Assembly (NCBI GenBank): GCA_905178155.1
Contig: CAJINV010000002.1
Coordinates: 1,463,809-1,527,808, forward strand
DNA from: Amoebophrya sp. A120
Taxonomy: Eukaryota > Protista > Dinoflagellata
DNA: 64,000 bases
Direction: 5' to 3'
Shown: piece after piece, positions 1-13,399 of the stretch
Layout of the letters: the number at the start of each line of letters is the position of its first letter
Position numbering within the stretch: the stretch's first letter is position 1
Translations under genes and position numbers: made by a program
The notes under the pieces: generated by a model
Databases searched by the model: none
The model's input: the letters and a program-made list of their open reading frames with translations, nothing else
What the model was told of the DNA's origin: nothing

Positions 1-134
1 GGAAGCGGAAACGGAGGGCCCGGGCTCGGGGCGCCAGCGCTTTTTTCACACACATCGATCTGCGATCTCCACAAAGCTGCGGGCCCGCGCTCCCTCTGGC
101 CGCCTGGCAGAGTTGCATTAAGGATTCGAAGTGA

Positions 135-1985
135 AGCCACCGGGCTCAGGCCCCCCCGCCTGTCGTCGCTTGCAGACACAAACCGACCGGGGCCCCGCGG
201 CACGAGGACGAGCACCTCCGGCGCCATTATTGCATGGCAGCACGGCTGCGGCAGGCAGCCCCAGAGCGCCTGCGACTGTAGTTTTTCGTGATTTCCCGGT
301 CGTGACGGTCGAAAGTTGGGGGGAGCGGGGATGTTGGTGGAGTTGGTTGCAGTGTACTAGTACGTGGGGATGGTTTATTGTTTTCTGGTGCAGTTGCGCG
401 GAGCGTGTGGAGACCAACAGCGCTGGAGGAGCTAGAGCCCCCCGGCGAGAAATACGCAACAGAAGGCATCTTGGTGTTGGCGCCGCCCGCTTGACGTTGT
501 GCTAAAGCTAATGTAGCTAGATTATCGTATAATAGTAGACTGATCGCCAGGAACAACTAACTTCTACAGGTACGCATCTCAAAATGAGTACTTGTTTATG
601 TTTTTCCGCAGACTTTACAATTGCATACTGTCAGTTTGCGGAATTCCTCGTCACTCAACAAAAAAATCTGAGAAACAGGCACTCTAGCTACGCAAGTCCA
701 TAGCATCTCCCTTACACTCAAAAAGCACCGCAGGCTTGCTTCCTCCCACACAATCTTTCTCATCACTGACTCCCGGCCTCGACAACGACGCAACCTTAAT
801 TGAAACATCGGCGCAGACCACCGCCCACGCAACAAGAAAAGGAGCCCCACAGGAGAAATTAGTCGGGGAGCTGACCCATGAAGAGTCGGGGCGCAACCAT
901 GCCATGCAAAGTGCTGCGGCGAGCTACCGCTGCCGCGCCCACCACAGCTGCGCGGAACGAAGGTCGACCGAGCTGCGACCGACGGTCGGGCCTTCGTTGC
1001 GATCGCAGAACTCGGCCCGCTTTTGGTCGCGCCACTCCAGGTCCGGAACGCGGGTCGCGCGGCTGTTGTTTGGTTTTTGTTACAACGGGCACCACCCAGC
1101 CACCGCACGCCGGCGCGGCGAATGCAATAACCCTAGCCGGCAGTCCCGGCGCCGGGCCAGACGGCGAAAACAGCGCAGACCGGCCGCGGCGGGCCTGTGG
1201 GCGATGGCCCTGGGCTTCCGGGGCCTGCCAAAATGCCGAAGCGGAAACGGCGGGCCGTGGCCCGCCGGAAGCGTCTGCGGCTTACTTTGCCCGCGCCGGC
1301 CGGCGGGCTGTCCTCTGCGGGCGGCCATCGGTCCGCGCAGTCTTGCGCGTTTCCCAGTACTGGCAGGGCCGGAGTCGGGACAAACTCCTTTCGGGGGGGC
1401 TGTTCGCTGAAGTCTTCTTGAGATTCCAAAGCGCGGCGCCCGCAGAAGCCCAGGATAAAATGCCGGGCGCCGAAGTTCAGGCGCGGTTGCGCGCGCAAGC
1501 CTATCCACCCGGGCCACGCCGTGGCCCCTTCCTGTCGTAACTTACGGACGCAAGCCGACCGGGGCCACGCGGCGCGAGCCCTTCCGCCGCCATTCCGCCG
1601 GGCATGCAATATGCAACAGGTGGCATCTTGGTTGATGATGTCGTGCTTGTGCTATCGGTGGGGCCCCGCGTGTAATCAATATATAGGTGACTCGAATTTA
1701 TTGCCTTTGCATAGTTCTCATTTACCAACAAACCGTGCAACAAGCTCCACACATTCTCCGAGCACCTCTCCCACACTCAGAAGGCAGAAGGTCCTTGCTT
1801 GCTACTTACGGCTCCTCCCGCCGTCCACGACACCCACTAGACAGAAACACCGCCAAAAACAACCGCCTCTGCAGCGAGCAGGAAAGGAAGCCTCCTCACG
1901 AGATAAACAAGAAACAGAGCCGCCCAATGAGGGATAGGAGCTTAGCCTTCCGAAGTGCTGCGGCGAGCTACCGTTGCCGCGCCTG
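135..1985. repeat. Degenerate direct duplication in GC-rich non-coding DNA
   Basis: 135-210 (cctgtcgtcgcttgcagacacaaaccgaccggggccccgcggcacgag) resembles 1504-1580. 908-940 (aagtgctgcggcgagctaccgctgccgcgcc) recurs at 1952-1983 with 1 mismatch. ggcatcttggt occurs at ~466 and ~1622. Confidence 0.7.
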
Positions 1986-4674
1986 CCACAACGGCGGCCA
2001 AGGCAGGCTCAGCCGTAATAAATGGCCCCGAGAAGGGGGCCCCAGCCAATGTGTGACAACATTCTGGCAGGCGGCGCGACTGCCGCGCCAAAATGGCTGC
2101 GCCGAAGCCTTCGCCCTGCCTGGCTGCATGCAAACGGAAGGCATTGGCCGGCGGGCCGGAAGTGCGCGACGGCGGCATACTGCAATGGGGCGAAAACGCG
2201 GCCGGGTCTGCTGCGTCCGCGGGTCTCCGCGGCTTCGCCCTGCTCTATGGCGCTACGGGTATACGGCGCGGGCCGCCTGCACCATCGCCATGATTGATGA
2301 TAAGCGTGGCTTGTCCACTAGCCGGCCGGCCGGCCTCCTCCGACCTGCATGCACACGTCACGGAAGTCGCTGCTCGCTGGCGCCTTCCCGGCGGGCGGGG
2401 CAGCGCGCCAACAGCCCGGGCGAAGACCGTCGGCACCTACTGCACGCAAGCACCACCGCAGCCCCGCCAGAAGCCGAAGCGGCGCCGGCCGCGTCGAAAG
2501 CGCGCCGAGAACTTCTACTCTCGCCCAATTATTGAGAAAAACACGCACACACGCCCGGGGCCCAGTCCTGCACTTGGAGTTGACGAGCCGATACTAGACG
2601 AGGACGCCATGATTTGCAGACAGTGGCTGCCCGACAAGAAATGGTCCTAATTTTAGATTTGCATCTGCCCTTTTCGTCAATAAACGCGCCTTCTTCAGCT
2701 CCACAAAAACTTCTCACTTCTAGCACTTTCGGACGACTCATAGAACTGTCGCCCACCACTTAATCGCGCCCACCAGAGCACCAGGTCGGAGTATCCCTCC
2801 GTCACACTCTGACAGCAACTGCAGCTACGCTCACCTGGTCTACGCGTAAACTCGCTAAAAACTCAAATTCACAGCACTCACTCATGCTTAGTGAGTGAAC
2901 GAAGAAAATGAGGCCAAAAACCGTAAGTACCACGGCACAAAATTCACGCTCAAACAGCTGAATACTTTACAAACCTCACCAAAGAATAACATGCGGCGGC
3001 CGTAGCGGAAGCCCCGGCCGCGCTGTTACCGAACAGAGGCAACAGAGGATGGAGGCGCGACGGGCCGCGCGGTGCTGCGGCTGCGTGCCCATGCACAGCT
3101 AGGCGGCGCGTCGCCAAAAATGACGTCACCTAAAAGGCCCGCCACCGGGCTGTGAGACCAGCCACGCGTCGCCCCGTGCGGGAAAAGCGACAAGGGCCGC
3201 GCCGGCCTGGGCGCGCGCCGCCCGAGCCAGCGAAGAGAAGACGGACGAGGCCAGGCGCGCGCGGGCTTTCCGGCCAGTCGTATGTAGTAGGGGGCGGCCC
3301 CGCCGGGGCCGGGCGCTCAATGAAATCCGGGCCCGCCATCTTTCGGCGGCGTTGGCGGGTTTAACGGCAACGGCGCCGCGGGTTCCCGTCTGTAAATTTT
3401 GGCTGCCGCAGGTTGCACGACGTCGATCGAAGAGGCCGGCGGAGATCGGGGCCCACGCGGACGGTGCTCGAGGTGCCTGAGTGTGCTACTAGGCACCACC
3501 GGCACAAAATTTACTCGGGACGCGATATGCACGGGCGTAACCCCGGCACAAACAGCGTCAGCTAACGCTTGATTTTGGTGAAACAAACGCAACAAGCCAA
3601 TATCAAATGAAGTTGCACACTCCAGTTGCTCTCAATTCTCCAACTCCAGTTCCCCTCCAACAGAAAAACAAAGCACTCTTCAACAGCCTGCTGTTCGTTA
3701 TTGCTCAAAGAGAGAGTCAGCCCTCAAACCAGCGCCCGGTGCTCGAACAACAAAACCCAATCTCCAAAAGCCTTTCTCCACGACCGTTCTGATGTGTCCA
3801 GTTAGGGACACTGCTACTCGACTTTTTGAATATGTAATTTTTTTTGCTCTTATCGTTTTTTGTTTTTTTTTGCTTTTATCGCTTTTTTGACTGCTTTTTG
3901 CTCTTGAGGGTTTTTTCTTTTCTGGAACGGAGATTCCTCGGTTTTACTGTCAAACTGCTTCTTCATCCTCAAGCTCATGTCGTAGTGTACTTGTACTTCA
4001 CTTCTTCAAAAATTGGCTCTTCACTGCTTTCCAAAACTGCGTCAACAAAAAATGAACTGCGTGTATTAATGATGTGGTCGGGATGAAGCTGGTGGCTTTC
4101 GTGCTGGTGGTTCGTCAAAAACTTTTCTGGTGCTTCTTCTTTTCCTCCAAAACTGTGTCAAATGAGATTCCTCTGCTGAAGATTTGGTGGTCGGGATGGT
4201 GGTGATGGTGTGGCGATGCTGCTGGTGCTACTTCATGTCGAAAAACTTCTTAATATCGCTTGCATGTACGTCGTGCATCGAACTTCTTCTTTGTGGGTGT
4301 GTTTGATGATGGGTAAGGGACTGGATGGTAAGTATGACGTATCTTCGCTGGTAACTCACTGTTATTCAAAAAACCAAATCGTGGCTCGGAGTCTCAGTGG
4401 TGATGGATTCCTTTGTTCTTCAGTTGTCTGGATGCCTGGCGGCGAAACTTCTTGCTGCTGCTCTGGTCGTCTACCTTTGCAGGAGCTTCTTCAAAAACGT
4501 GCTTTACGCCAAAATCTTCTGTCACAAAAACTTCTGTTGCTGTCATGGTGGTACTGATCTCTTTCAAAACTTGCTTTATTTCCGGTTACCAAAATGAAAA
4601 TTCCAATTCGTCCATCGCTTTATTATCTTCTTCAGAACAAGCGGTTGGGACGACTGTTGTTCCATTGCGAATCA

Positions 4675-6591
4675 TTAGCAGCTGATCTTGCACCGCTCCA
4701 TCCCCGCCGGTGCACACATGCTGTTGCTCTGCAACTGAAATAAATTCTGCTTCTTCATCTTGCCAAAGCCGAAACTAAACCCCTGCGAGAACTTGACCTT
4801 GCCCCGCTGGTTCGTGGGCGACGTCGAGCAGCTGGAGACAGTACTAGTCGTGCTCTTACTCGACCCCATCGACGCCCTCTCGCTTCCCGACGACCAGGCA
4901 GTGGATTGGGTCTGTTCAGAGGAAACAGAAATCCGCTTGATGGTCGGATCATTGGTGTTCAACTGTGCGAAATCGGTTCTGTCAATAGTACCACGACGAG
5001 CAGCTGTCCGCTTTGTTGTTTTTCCACCGGCAGCACCAATGATGCACGACAACCAGGTGCTGGACCTCTTCTTCGCAGGAGCCACTGGCTTGAAAAATTC
5101 TTCTTGTTGTCCCGAGGAAACGTTTTTCCTCGCATCGGCCGCGGAAGTGTCGTGGTGGTCAAACGCCGTCGCAGCAGTTCCTTCCGTCGCAGTGGTAGAA
5201 GTCGTTGTGGTCTTGGATTTACTCAACAATTCCACGGTAGCGCCGTTGTTCTCGAACGCAGAAGATTCTTCAAAAGCCGACGCTGTCAGTGTGGCTGTCA
5301 ATGTCGCCGGCATGTTGTCAACGAAATCTTCGCCGCCGCGGTGAAATGTAGTTTGGGTCGCTGATGTAGACGTACTTCTATTCGTACCACTACTCGGTCG
5401 CACGAACAATCGCTTGTGTTCATCCACCGGACCAGGATGGCACACCGGTCGCTGTTGCTTCGGTTGCCGCAGCGGTTTTTTGGTCGACGAGGACGACGTC
5501 GAGGAACCCCCAAGAAACAACGGCTCCACTTTTTCCTCACAAACGACGCGGGGGATGTGCAGCAAGGTAGGCGGTGCAAGAACGTTGTCCTTCTGCGACG
5601 AGATGCCTTGTGCGTAAGCTGGGACCAAAATGCTCAAATCATCGGTGTACAACATTTGCTGGTGGGGCATCTTCGAACTGTAGTTGTTGTTCCTCGTGGT
5701 GGTTGACAAGAAACCAGAGGAGCTAGAGGAAGCCGTCGTGAGGACCGACGATGAACCAGTAGAGGCGGCAGATTTGTTTTCCGTCGTGGCAGTGGAGGTT
5801 TTCGACAGAGTCTTCGTGTTCGCCGACATAATCACTTCCGAAAACAATTTCACCTCGCCCTCGCTTACGTTTCTCCCACGCTGTAACGGCAGGAACGGCT
5901 CGTGGATCATCTTGTTTCCTCCGACCAGCGGTCGGGTCCGCACTTTTGCGCGCAGATCCTTCTTGGCAGCACCGTAGGTCGTGTAGAGAATTGTATTTTC
6001 TCCATCTTCCTTCATACCGTGTTCGACGTCTTCGACGGGGGGCAGCTTTTGCAGACGTTCTTGTTGACCACCAGCTGAGCTTTTCGATTTGGGAAAGGAC
6101 TTCGTCGTGTTGATCGAGGCATCATGATCCGTCGTTTCCATCGTGATTTCCCCTTCGTCGATCTTCCCCCTTGGCGCCGCCAGGCAACCTGCGAAGTAGA
6201 GATCATGACCGGTTTGATGTCCAGAGACCACGCCGGTGGAAGTAGCAGACGAGTTCTTCTGGGACGTCGTCGAGCCACTCTTCGCAGGGGTCAACATCTT
6301 TTTCTGAACGATGCGGGGATCGTTCTCAGTCGTACCACCAAACTGCAGCTCCGGCTCCATGTTTAGGGCCTGGGAGTGTAACAGGCTGCAGTCGTGGTCC
6401 ATGTCGACCATTTCTTCCTTTTGGTCCGCCAAAGGAGCCGCAGGGGAAAAAGCTGCATCGTGGTTCCCAACTGCATCGCAAATTTGCTCTTCCTCTGCAA
6501 CCGTGCCGTAGTCGTCTTCCTCGCACACGGCCGGCATTGGCATCTCGACCTCCTCCGGGTCAATAACAGAAGAGGACGAAACGGATCCCAT
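4675..6591 (-). CDS. Intronless S/T-rich low-complexity hypothetical protein (~638 aa)
   Basis: Long ORF 4675-6681. The first ATG at 6591 gives MGSVSS, an MGxxxS N-myristoylation-like start. No recognisable domain. Confidence 0.75.
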   Translation of the reverse strand: MGSVSSSSVIDPEEVEMPMPAVCEEDDYGTVAEEEQICDAVGNHDAAFSPAAPLADQKEEMVDMDHDCSLLHSQALNMEPELQFGGTTENDPRIVQKKMLTPAKSGSTTSQKNSSATSTGVVSGHQTGHDLYFAGCLAAPRGKIDEGEITMETTDHDASINTTKSFPKSKSSAGGQQERLQKLPPVEDVEHGMKEDGENTILYTTYGAAKKDLRAKVRTRPLVGGNKMIHEPFLPLQRGRNVSEGEVKLFSEVIMSANTKTLSKTSTATTENKSAASTGSSSVLTTASSSSSGFLSTTTRNNNYSSKMPHQQMLYTDDLSILVPAYAQGISSQKDNVLAPPTLLHIPRVVCEEKVEPLFLGGSSTSSSSTKKPLRQPKQQRPVCHPGPVDEHKRLFVRPSSGTNRSTSTSATQTTFHRGGEDFVDNMPATLTATLTASAFEESSAFENNGATVELLSKSKTTTTSTTATEGTAATAFDHHDTSAADARKNVSSGQQEEFFKPVAPAKKRSSTWLSCIIGAAGGKTTKRTAARRGTIDRTDFAQLNTNDPTIKRISVSSEQTQSTAWSSGSERASMGSSKSTTSTVSSCSTSPTNQRGKVKFSQGFSFGFGKMKKQNLFQLQSNSMCAPAGMERCKISC

Positions 6592-9500
6592 TGTAGTGAC
6601 TTTAGGTGTCAAACGGGTGGTTGATGAAGGTGAAAAAGGTGGGATTATACTTGTGAACAAGATAGGGTCAAAAAGTCTCAAACTTGAGAAATGCGGAATA
6701 AGTTTGTAGGTACTTTACAATTGCGATGCGCAAAAGTTGTCAAAGCGACGAGAGGATGTATCAGTATCAGACAAAAGGTTGTATAATGAATTTATTAGAA
6801 AAATTGTTGTTTCTCAAAATGGAAAGTTGACTTTAGATTGTCAAAACAAAAAACCGCACTGGAACCAGGTTCGTTTTTGTAATGTCATATGAAGGGAGTT
6901 CAGGTAGCACGACGCACATCACCAGCTATTTGCCAAACCAATCATGATGATCCCACGACACACGAAAGTGATACTTACTACGACCCAATACCGAAATTGG
7001 AGCCGACTTGGAGAAACCAAACTGTTTCTCCAAGTCGGCATATTCACACAAAACGACTGAGATTCTTATTCTAAATACGAAGTATGGCACCGACAAACTT
7101 TATCACACGCCCTTTTCGATTTCACGCGACGACTTGTCGTACAAGGATGACTTTCCCCAGATCTATGGCTCTGCCGATCCATCGTGCACATCTACGGTTG
7201 AAGGAAACGACTCTGCTAGTGCTACGATTATGAGTATATATTGAGACAGATCACCTTAGTATCAGTTGCTGTTTTGTTTTTTTATTCAGATCACCTGACA
7301 TCACGACCAATCTTGTGGTAGAAAACAGAAATCGATACTGGAAAGACATGGCTGATTGTCGTGGGAGGGGTGCCTCTATCAGCAAGAAACTTGGAGACCC
7401 AGGCAGACAGCGCCTGGGCATACAGGTGGGCGAGACAGAACGCAACGGGCAACGGCTACGGCAGAACGCCCCTCCCGCTCCGGCGCCGCTAACTTTATCT
7501 GAGAGGCGCGAAGGGGATATCAATCAATCTATCACTCAAAGCGCGCCGGCCGGCAGCAGATTCTCCGGCGCAAACGAGCGAAGCGAGCGAGCGTCGGGCC
7601 GCTTGTTGCCCTTGGTATTTGAGACACCAACCACCAACCAGCGAGGGCCGCAGGCGCATCGCTAACGGGGGCGGCGGAGGTGGTGGGCGCCGACGCGGGG
7701 CATCGTCGCCATCGCTGCGGCCCCTCAGCCATCGGCGCGCTCTATCTTTTGTCCCAGTTGGCCGCGGGCCGAAAGCGCACGGCCTCCGCGCGCCGCGCTT
7801 CTCTTCAAGCCAGGCGGCGGCCCCGGGGCGGCGACGGGTGCGAAGCAGTAGAGGCGGCCCATCAACTCCGTGCTACCATCCTCGACCCCGAGCGCGCCCA
7901 TCTTGCATCGGCCTCAGGTCGGGTGGGAGGTGAGGAGATGCGCCCCTTTACCAGGAAGCGGCTGGGGCTAAGGCTTTGGCGGCGCCGACCTCGGCGGAGG
8001 CAAGAACCTGCCGCGGCCTTGCCGCAGCCGCACCGCCATCGCTCGCGCTCCTGTGCGCCGGCTTCCCCCGTGGCCAAGCACCTGCGTGCGCCGCGCCCTT
8101 CCCGGGCCTGCCCGCTGCTAATTCGCCGCGCCGGCCTTCCCGGGCTCCGCGGGGTCGTACCGCGACAACAGGGGGCCGGGCTCGGCGATACGGAACGGCA
8201 GCAGCATTCTTCTCGGCACAAACCCGCTCGCGCCGTCGTAGGCCACTGGGGTAATGATACCAACGCACCCCTTCCTGCCTTGGTAGGCGCGGCACTTTTC
8301 GACCGCGCCGCCCTCTGCTTTCCCCCCCGCCGGGCCCGCCCTTTTCATTCGCCCGGCAGCCCCGGCCCGCGTCAGTTCGCCACCGCCGTCCTTCCACAAC
8401 AGGGGCCCAATCTGCTGCGTGCGCCTGCCTTCGGCCGGCATGTTCTGCGTACAAATGTGGAGCCAAGCGAAATCCCCCCTGGGATCTCCGCGCAAACCCA
8501 TCAAAGGGCCGCCTGCCTGCAATGCTTCGCCCAAGTGCTTCCTTCTCCATCGGCTGCCCACCCTCCCCGATTTCGCGACGGATTTTGCAGCGGATCCCCC
8601 CGGGGGCGGGCCGTTGCCCCGCCGCCGGCTCCAGGCTTGGGGCGCCTGCTGATATATTGACGGGCGCGCGGCATAGGGAAAGGGGCCCGCGTAGCCCCGC
8701 CGACGTTTGTTTGCGCCGCTTTGTTCCGCGCGAAGTTCCTCCCTGGCACCAGGCCCAAGAAGGTGGCCCGCCGGTCCTTTGGGGGCGGCACCTGGTGGCG
8801 CCCTTCCGCCCAAGAGGGCTCAAGGCCCCCCCCTGGGAAGTAATTCAAGCACCTAGGCCGCGGGCGGGCCGGCGGGCACTGCCCCGGTGGGCAGCTCCCG
8901 CCGGGTGACTGCTCTGGCGGGCGCTGTTCCGGTGGGCGCTCCGGCCGCGGCGCTAGGCCCGAAAACACACGCCCCCCCATGTCGCAGACCACTGGCGCGC
9001 CCGAATGGCCCGGGCGCGCCACCTGTATCCGTTCGCCCGGTCGTGCGCCCTGCGTTTTTGTTTTTTTGCAAAATCTGTTTGAACGAAAAAACAAAAACGC
9101 ATTCGCGGCTTGATCAAAAACGCCGCGCTTGTCGAAAACAATGCAGGATCCTCGTACAAAACCTTCAGTGCCAATCTTTTTGATCTAGTCGAGGAACACA
9201 AATGCAGGCTGGGTCGAACAATGCCGCAAACAAAGGCCGACAATTTCTCCAACGATGATACTTCTGCTGCTTCATCTTTCAAAAAACGCAAATACTTCAA
9301 CTTCAATATCACACTCAGCAATACATGTGGACTTCGGCTTCGTGCGTTGCGTCACAACATCATGTCACGTAGAACGAGAAATCTCAGTGAATACATGTGT
9401 TAACTCAAACGCATCAGCAACTGCTTCTCTTTCTCGCAAGAAGCTTCGCAAAAGGGTGTTGTGTAATCAAGTACCTAACTTGCCTCGGAGTTTTTAGCCT

Positions 9501-9682
9501 CATCCACCAGTCGTGTAGTTCGAAGAAAACAAAACTAGAAAGAGAAGCGGCAATCTTGTTCATCTTCTACCGAAATTGCAACTAATGAATGCATCTAAAC
9601 TTGCGATCAATAGAAGTGCTCTTCCACGACCGAGCGCCACCAAAAAAACTCCTGGATAATATCTTCCTCATTTTGTTCTTCT

Positions 9683-11573
9683 TCACACCTTCGGCTCAAT
9701 TCTCAAGGCCACCAAGGAAGCCCTGGCTGGTAAGGCGCTGAGATCTTCGGTACTGCCGCCCTCGAGAGGAACGACGGCTGCGACGTCCTCCTCGCCACCC
9801 TGTTCTTCGTGAACGCCCAGGGAAGTCGACCCGCGCCGCCGATGTTCGGTTACACCCCCGTGCGAGGACTGCTCGGTTGTGCGGCCGCTCAAGTCGCTCG
9901 ACCTCTCGTGGGACTTTTCGTCTCGCCGAGGCTGGTAGTTTGCAGAAGATCCATGATTCCTCCGTGGTGACATTAGTCCCGAGGAATTTGATTGACTGGT
10001 TCGGCGTCCAGAACTAGTGTGTCCCGTGCAATAGCGAGGACTACTACTCCCGTGTTGTTGGCCACGACGCCCGCCGCTTTGACTCGTCCTTCGTCCCGAG
10101 GTAGTTTGGGACGATAACATCACCCCATCACCCGCACTGCCCTCGCGCTGGTTGTGATGGGAAAGATGAGAATGTTGAGTCTGATACACATCGCGTAGGA
10201 TGGCGGACCGGCTGGACATCATCGATGCGTCGGTTGTTTTTATCTATCCTGGGGAAAAATCTAGTTGACGTAGTACTCACAACGAACTTCTACCCCAATG
10301 AATTCTCATGCTTATGATTCGCATCTGAAGCAGAAAATTTGGAACAATGATACGCAATTCTAGTTGTGCTGTTGTGGCATGATTTGTATCCTTTGTATAA
10401 AGAATGCAGCAGCAGCTGCAAGCAGGATAAGCACGCAGATGTTGGCCTTGTGACGATGCCCATGTTGACCGCACAAAAAATAAGGCCAACGCGTCGCACT
10501 AGGGTGCTGCCGATTAGCTAGAAACTTGCATATGCGTGACTTCCACCAAGAAAGCGTCTTGGTCTGTGTTGGGTACGTAAGTTCCCAACGTGATCGATTG
10601 CCTATGGGGTCGTCGTAAGCAATACGTATTTAATTTCCTCGGGATATCTCCATTGTGGACGGCTTTATCGTCGACCCGGCGGGGGTTGTGATCGGCGAGG
10701 TCGGCGAGAACGCAACACTACGCAAAGAAAATGTAGAACCTACTGCACCCGGGGTAGTAGGTGCAGACACGGTCGCAGTTCGTCGTTCTACATCCGCATC
10801 CCGCCCGCCACCTATGATCTGAATCTGCTCCAAAGTAGCTCCCGGTGGGCCCGTGGTTCTACTGTCAACCACCCGGGTACTAGTTCCACCCGTGCCCGTG
10901 CCCCACCGCTCTTGGATGATTTTGTCGTCCCTCCATTTCCAAATGCAAATCCCCACGAATGCGACGCTGACGACGTATCAAATGCAAACATGTCTGGGTC
11001 TGGAGGAGTCATGCTGCTTTTGCATGGCACCGAAGGTCTGGTATGGGAATTCTAGCATCACAGGTCTCGAGAAGCTTCCGCAATGCCGAATCCGCATGAC
11101 AAATGCCCCATTTTGGTGACAAAAGGTGGGAAATTTTTGCTGCCTGTGCATGAGAGATCTTTATGTGTTGTGAAATGCGCATCACAAGTTCCGACTCTTC
11201 CAGACCCAGACATATTTGCAATGCATACCACGGCGATGATGACGAAAAAATAGGTCATGTCCACCGCCGCGGTGAAGCCTTGACTGTCTTCGCCTTCCAC
11301 GTGGATCGTGTCCTGGTGGCCTTGCTCCGCGTGCTGGTGCTGAGTCACGTCGGCGTGGGCTAAGGCTGGTCGTACAAGTAGTGCAACTAGTATCGGGGCG
11401 ATGTTGAGTACTAGCTGGAGTTGGGTTGCTGCGAGGGGAAATGTTGAAGAGGCGCATTTCAACTTTTGGGTCGCGGAAGAAATTTTTGAAATCGCACTGC
11501 CTGAAGATGTTCCCTGCCGCGGCGGTCCACAAGGGCGAGGCGGCCGCATCGCTGGTGCAGCAAGGGCAACCAT
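9683..11573 (-). CDS. Hypothetical membrane protein (~408 aa), three exons split by two introners
   Basis: Removing 10976-11227 plus TSD rebuilds a TM helix (YFFVIIAV/VSVAFVGICIWKW). Removing 10245-10646 plus TSD joins ORF 10630-10956 in frame to ORF 9683-10222. Confidence 0.65.
10245..10646. mobile_element. Degenerate introner (402 bp, unique family)
   Basis: TIRs are tatcctggggaaaaat..acgtagtactcacaacga versus rc tatcccgaggaaatta..acgtattgcttacgacga. The TSD is decayed (ttatc/tctcc). Removal of 404-407 nt restores frame. Confidence 0.6.
10976..11227. mobile_element. Introner family A (252 bp)
   Basis: TIR tatcaaatgcaaacatgtctgggtctgga / ttccagacccagacatatttgcaatgcata. Imperfect TSD cgacg/ccacg. 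Confidence 0.92.
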
Positions 11574-13399
11574 TTTTTCTTTTTCGTTGAAAACAATTAC
11601 GGAAAAAACTGTAAACCTAAGGTAGAAATAAAGCTGGTGCAAGTTGAAAATGGCACCTGACGAGCAACTGATATCGGGCTGGGAGACGAAGAAGTTCAAA
11701 TGGTGACTCAGATGCACAACCGGGAAACAATGCGGAATAAACGGGAATAGTAGAGGCGACAAATCATTCAATGACCACTGCTTGCTTTCAATTTAGAAAC
11801 ATACAACTGAAGACAACTACGACCACAGGAATTCGACAAAACCGAGGCAGGAGGTGAGAAGCCGCTGGCAAGGAGCGCACCGAAAGCGGAAGAGTGTAGG
11901 AGACCGAATTCTGTTGAAATTGCGTACGAAAAATGAGTACCGATCGGGATACTCATGTGAGGCCCCGCAGCCACACTATTATCTTGTTGCGTACCGAGAC
12001 AGACTCAGACAGACGAGAAAACCGTACGTGGAACGAAATAACCGATTTTTCACGTCTTTGTTCAACTACACCGAAATGCTGAATTCTATGTGCTCTTTGG
12101 AAAACTCGAACTCTTCTATGCCTGCATATGGTACCTTTCTTGCGATACTTCTGTTTGGAAGCTGATCAAATCAAATCTCCTTGTAAATTCTCAAAAAAAG
12201 ACTGTGCAACTACCGCAGGTCGGAATCATTAGTACCTTGAAATTATACGACACAAGTGCTTTTTTGTTCTCAACTATTCATACAATAGGTCTTAGTGTTG
12301 ACTAGTGAACGAGACCACCATGCGACACCAGAAGTCGCAGGACAACCAGCACAGCCTGATACTCGCACCAGCAACACAAATCCAATTATTCACTGAAAGA
12401 AAACTACAAAATTTAGAGCAGAAAACGGCAAATAGCGACGGAATTTTCAGAGTTGCTGCTTTGTAATCCCCAGAATGAAATAGGCTGATGCAGTGGCAGA
12501 GGGACGAAAGATTGGATAGGCTAAAAATCGTATTTTTTTACATCGCAAAAAAAGTAATAGTACAACTCAACTTTTCAATTACAACTATCAGTATTCGCAA
12601 GGGACGAGACGAGCTAGATGAAACGAAAATTCTCAAAAGATAAAGAAAAAGAATCGCCAAGCTAAACGGATGAATATCAAACGAAGTTGTTGTAGAAAGA
12701 TACTTGTCGAACTAAATAAGTTTTTGCGTTTTTGTTGCAGACGAAGGGTTTGCGTTTTTGCAAAAAAGCAGTTTAGTAGACACAACCATGGCAGAGAACA
12801 AGTACGGCAAGAAATGAGCTCGTTTTCTTTTTACAATTTGTTTTTGTTTACATTTAGCATACTGAAATAAAGTGAAACATCAGCAAAATCGAGAAACTAC
12901 GGAAATAAAGTTAAACCTCGACCAAATTGAAAGACAAATGCTCGAAACGGAGGAAGAGTAGTACTTAGCCTTGATATTACCCGATACAAGACGAGTACCA
13001 TAAATTTGTTTTCGCTTGTTGAAAAAATTGTGAATTATTGCCAAAGCACATTTATCGTTGATGTGAGGAAATTGATGCAAATCTTGTTTGACTAAACATG
13101 ACTTGTGAAGATGAAGTATTTGCTCGTGGATCTTGACCACGGATGTTGACTGTGAAACCGGCTGTATATTGGCAGAAGCTGCTATATACACTGTAACCTC
13201 TATTGACGGAAGAAAGAAAATTTCTACACGGGAAAGGAGAAAAAACCATTCGAATTTTGTGAAGCCCGATTTATTTTCTAACAGCTATCTCAAGTAGCAC
13301 AACCTCGAGGTCAGTCGTCGTGCAGAAGTACTAAGAGTCCCTGATGTCAACACGTCTTTGTCCTCAATGACTCCCTGGTACTTTATCAACTTTCACTCC

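Noticed and set aside
1-3600. Many overlapping R/A/G/P-rich ORFs here and in the other GC islands
   Set aside because: They reflect stop-codon scarcity in GC-rich DNA: open in several frames with no recognisable motifs.
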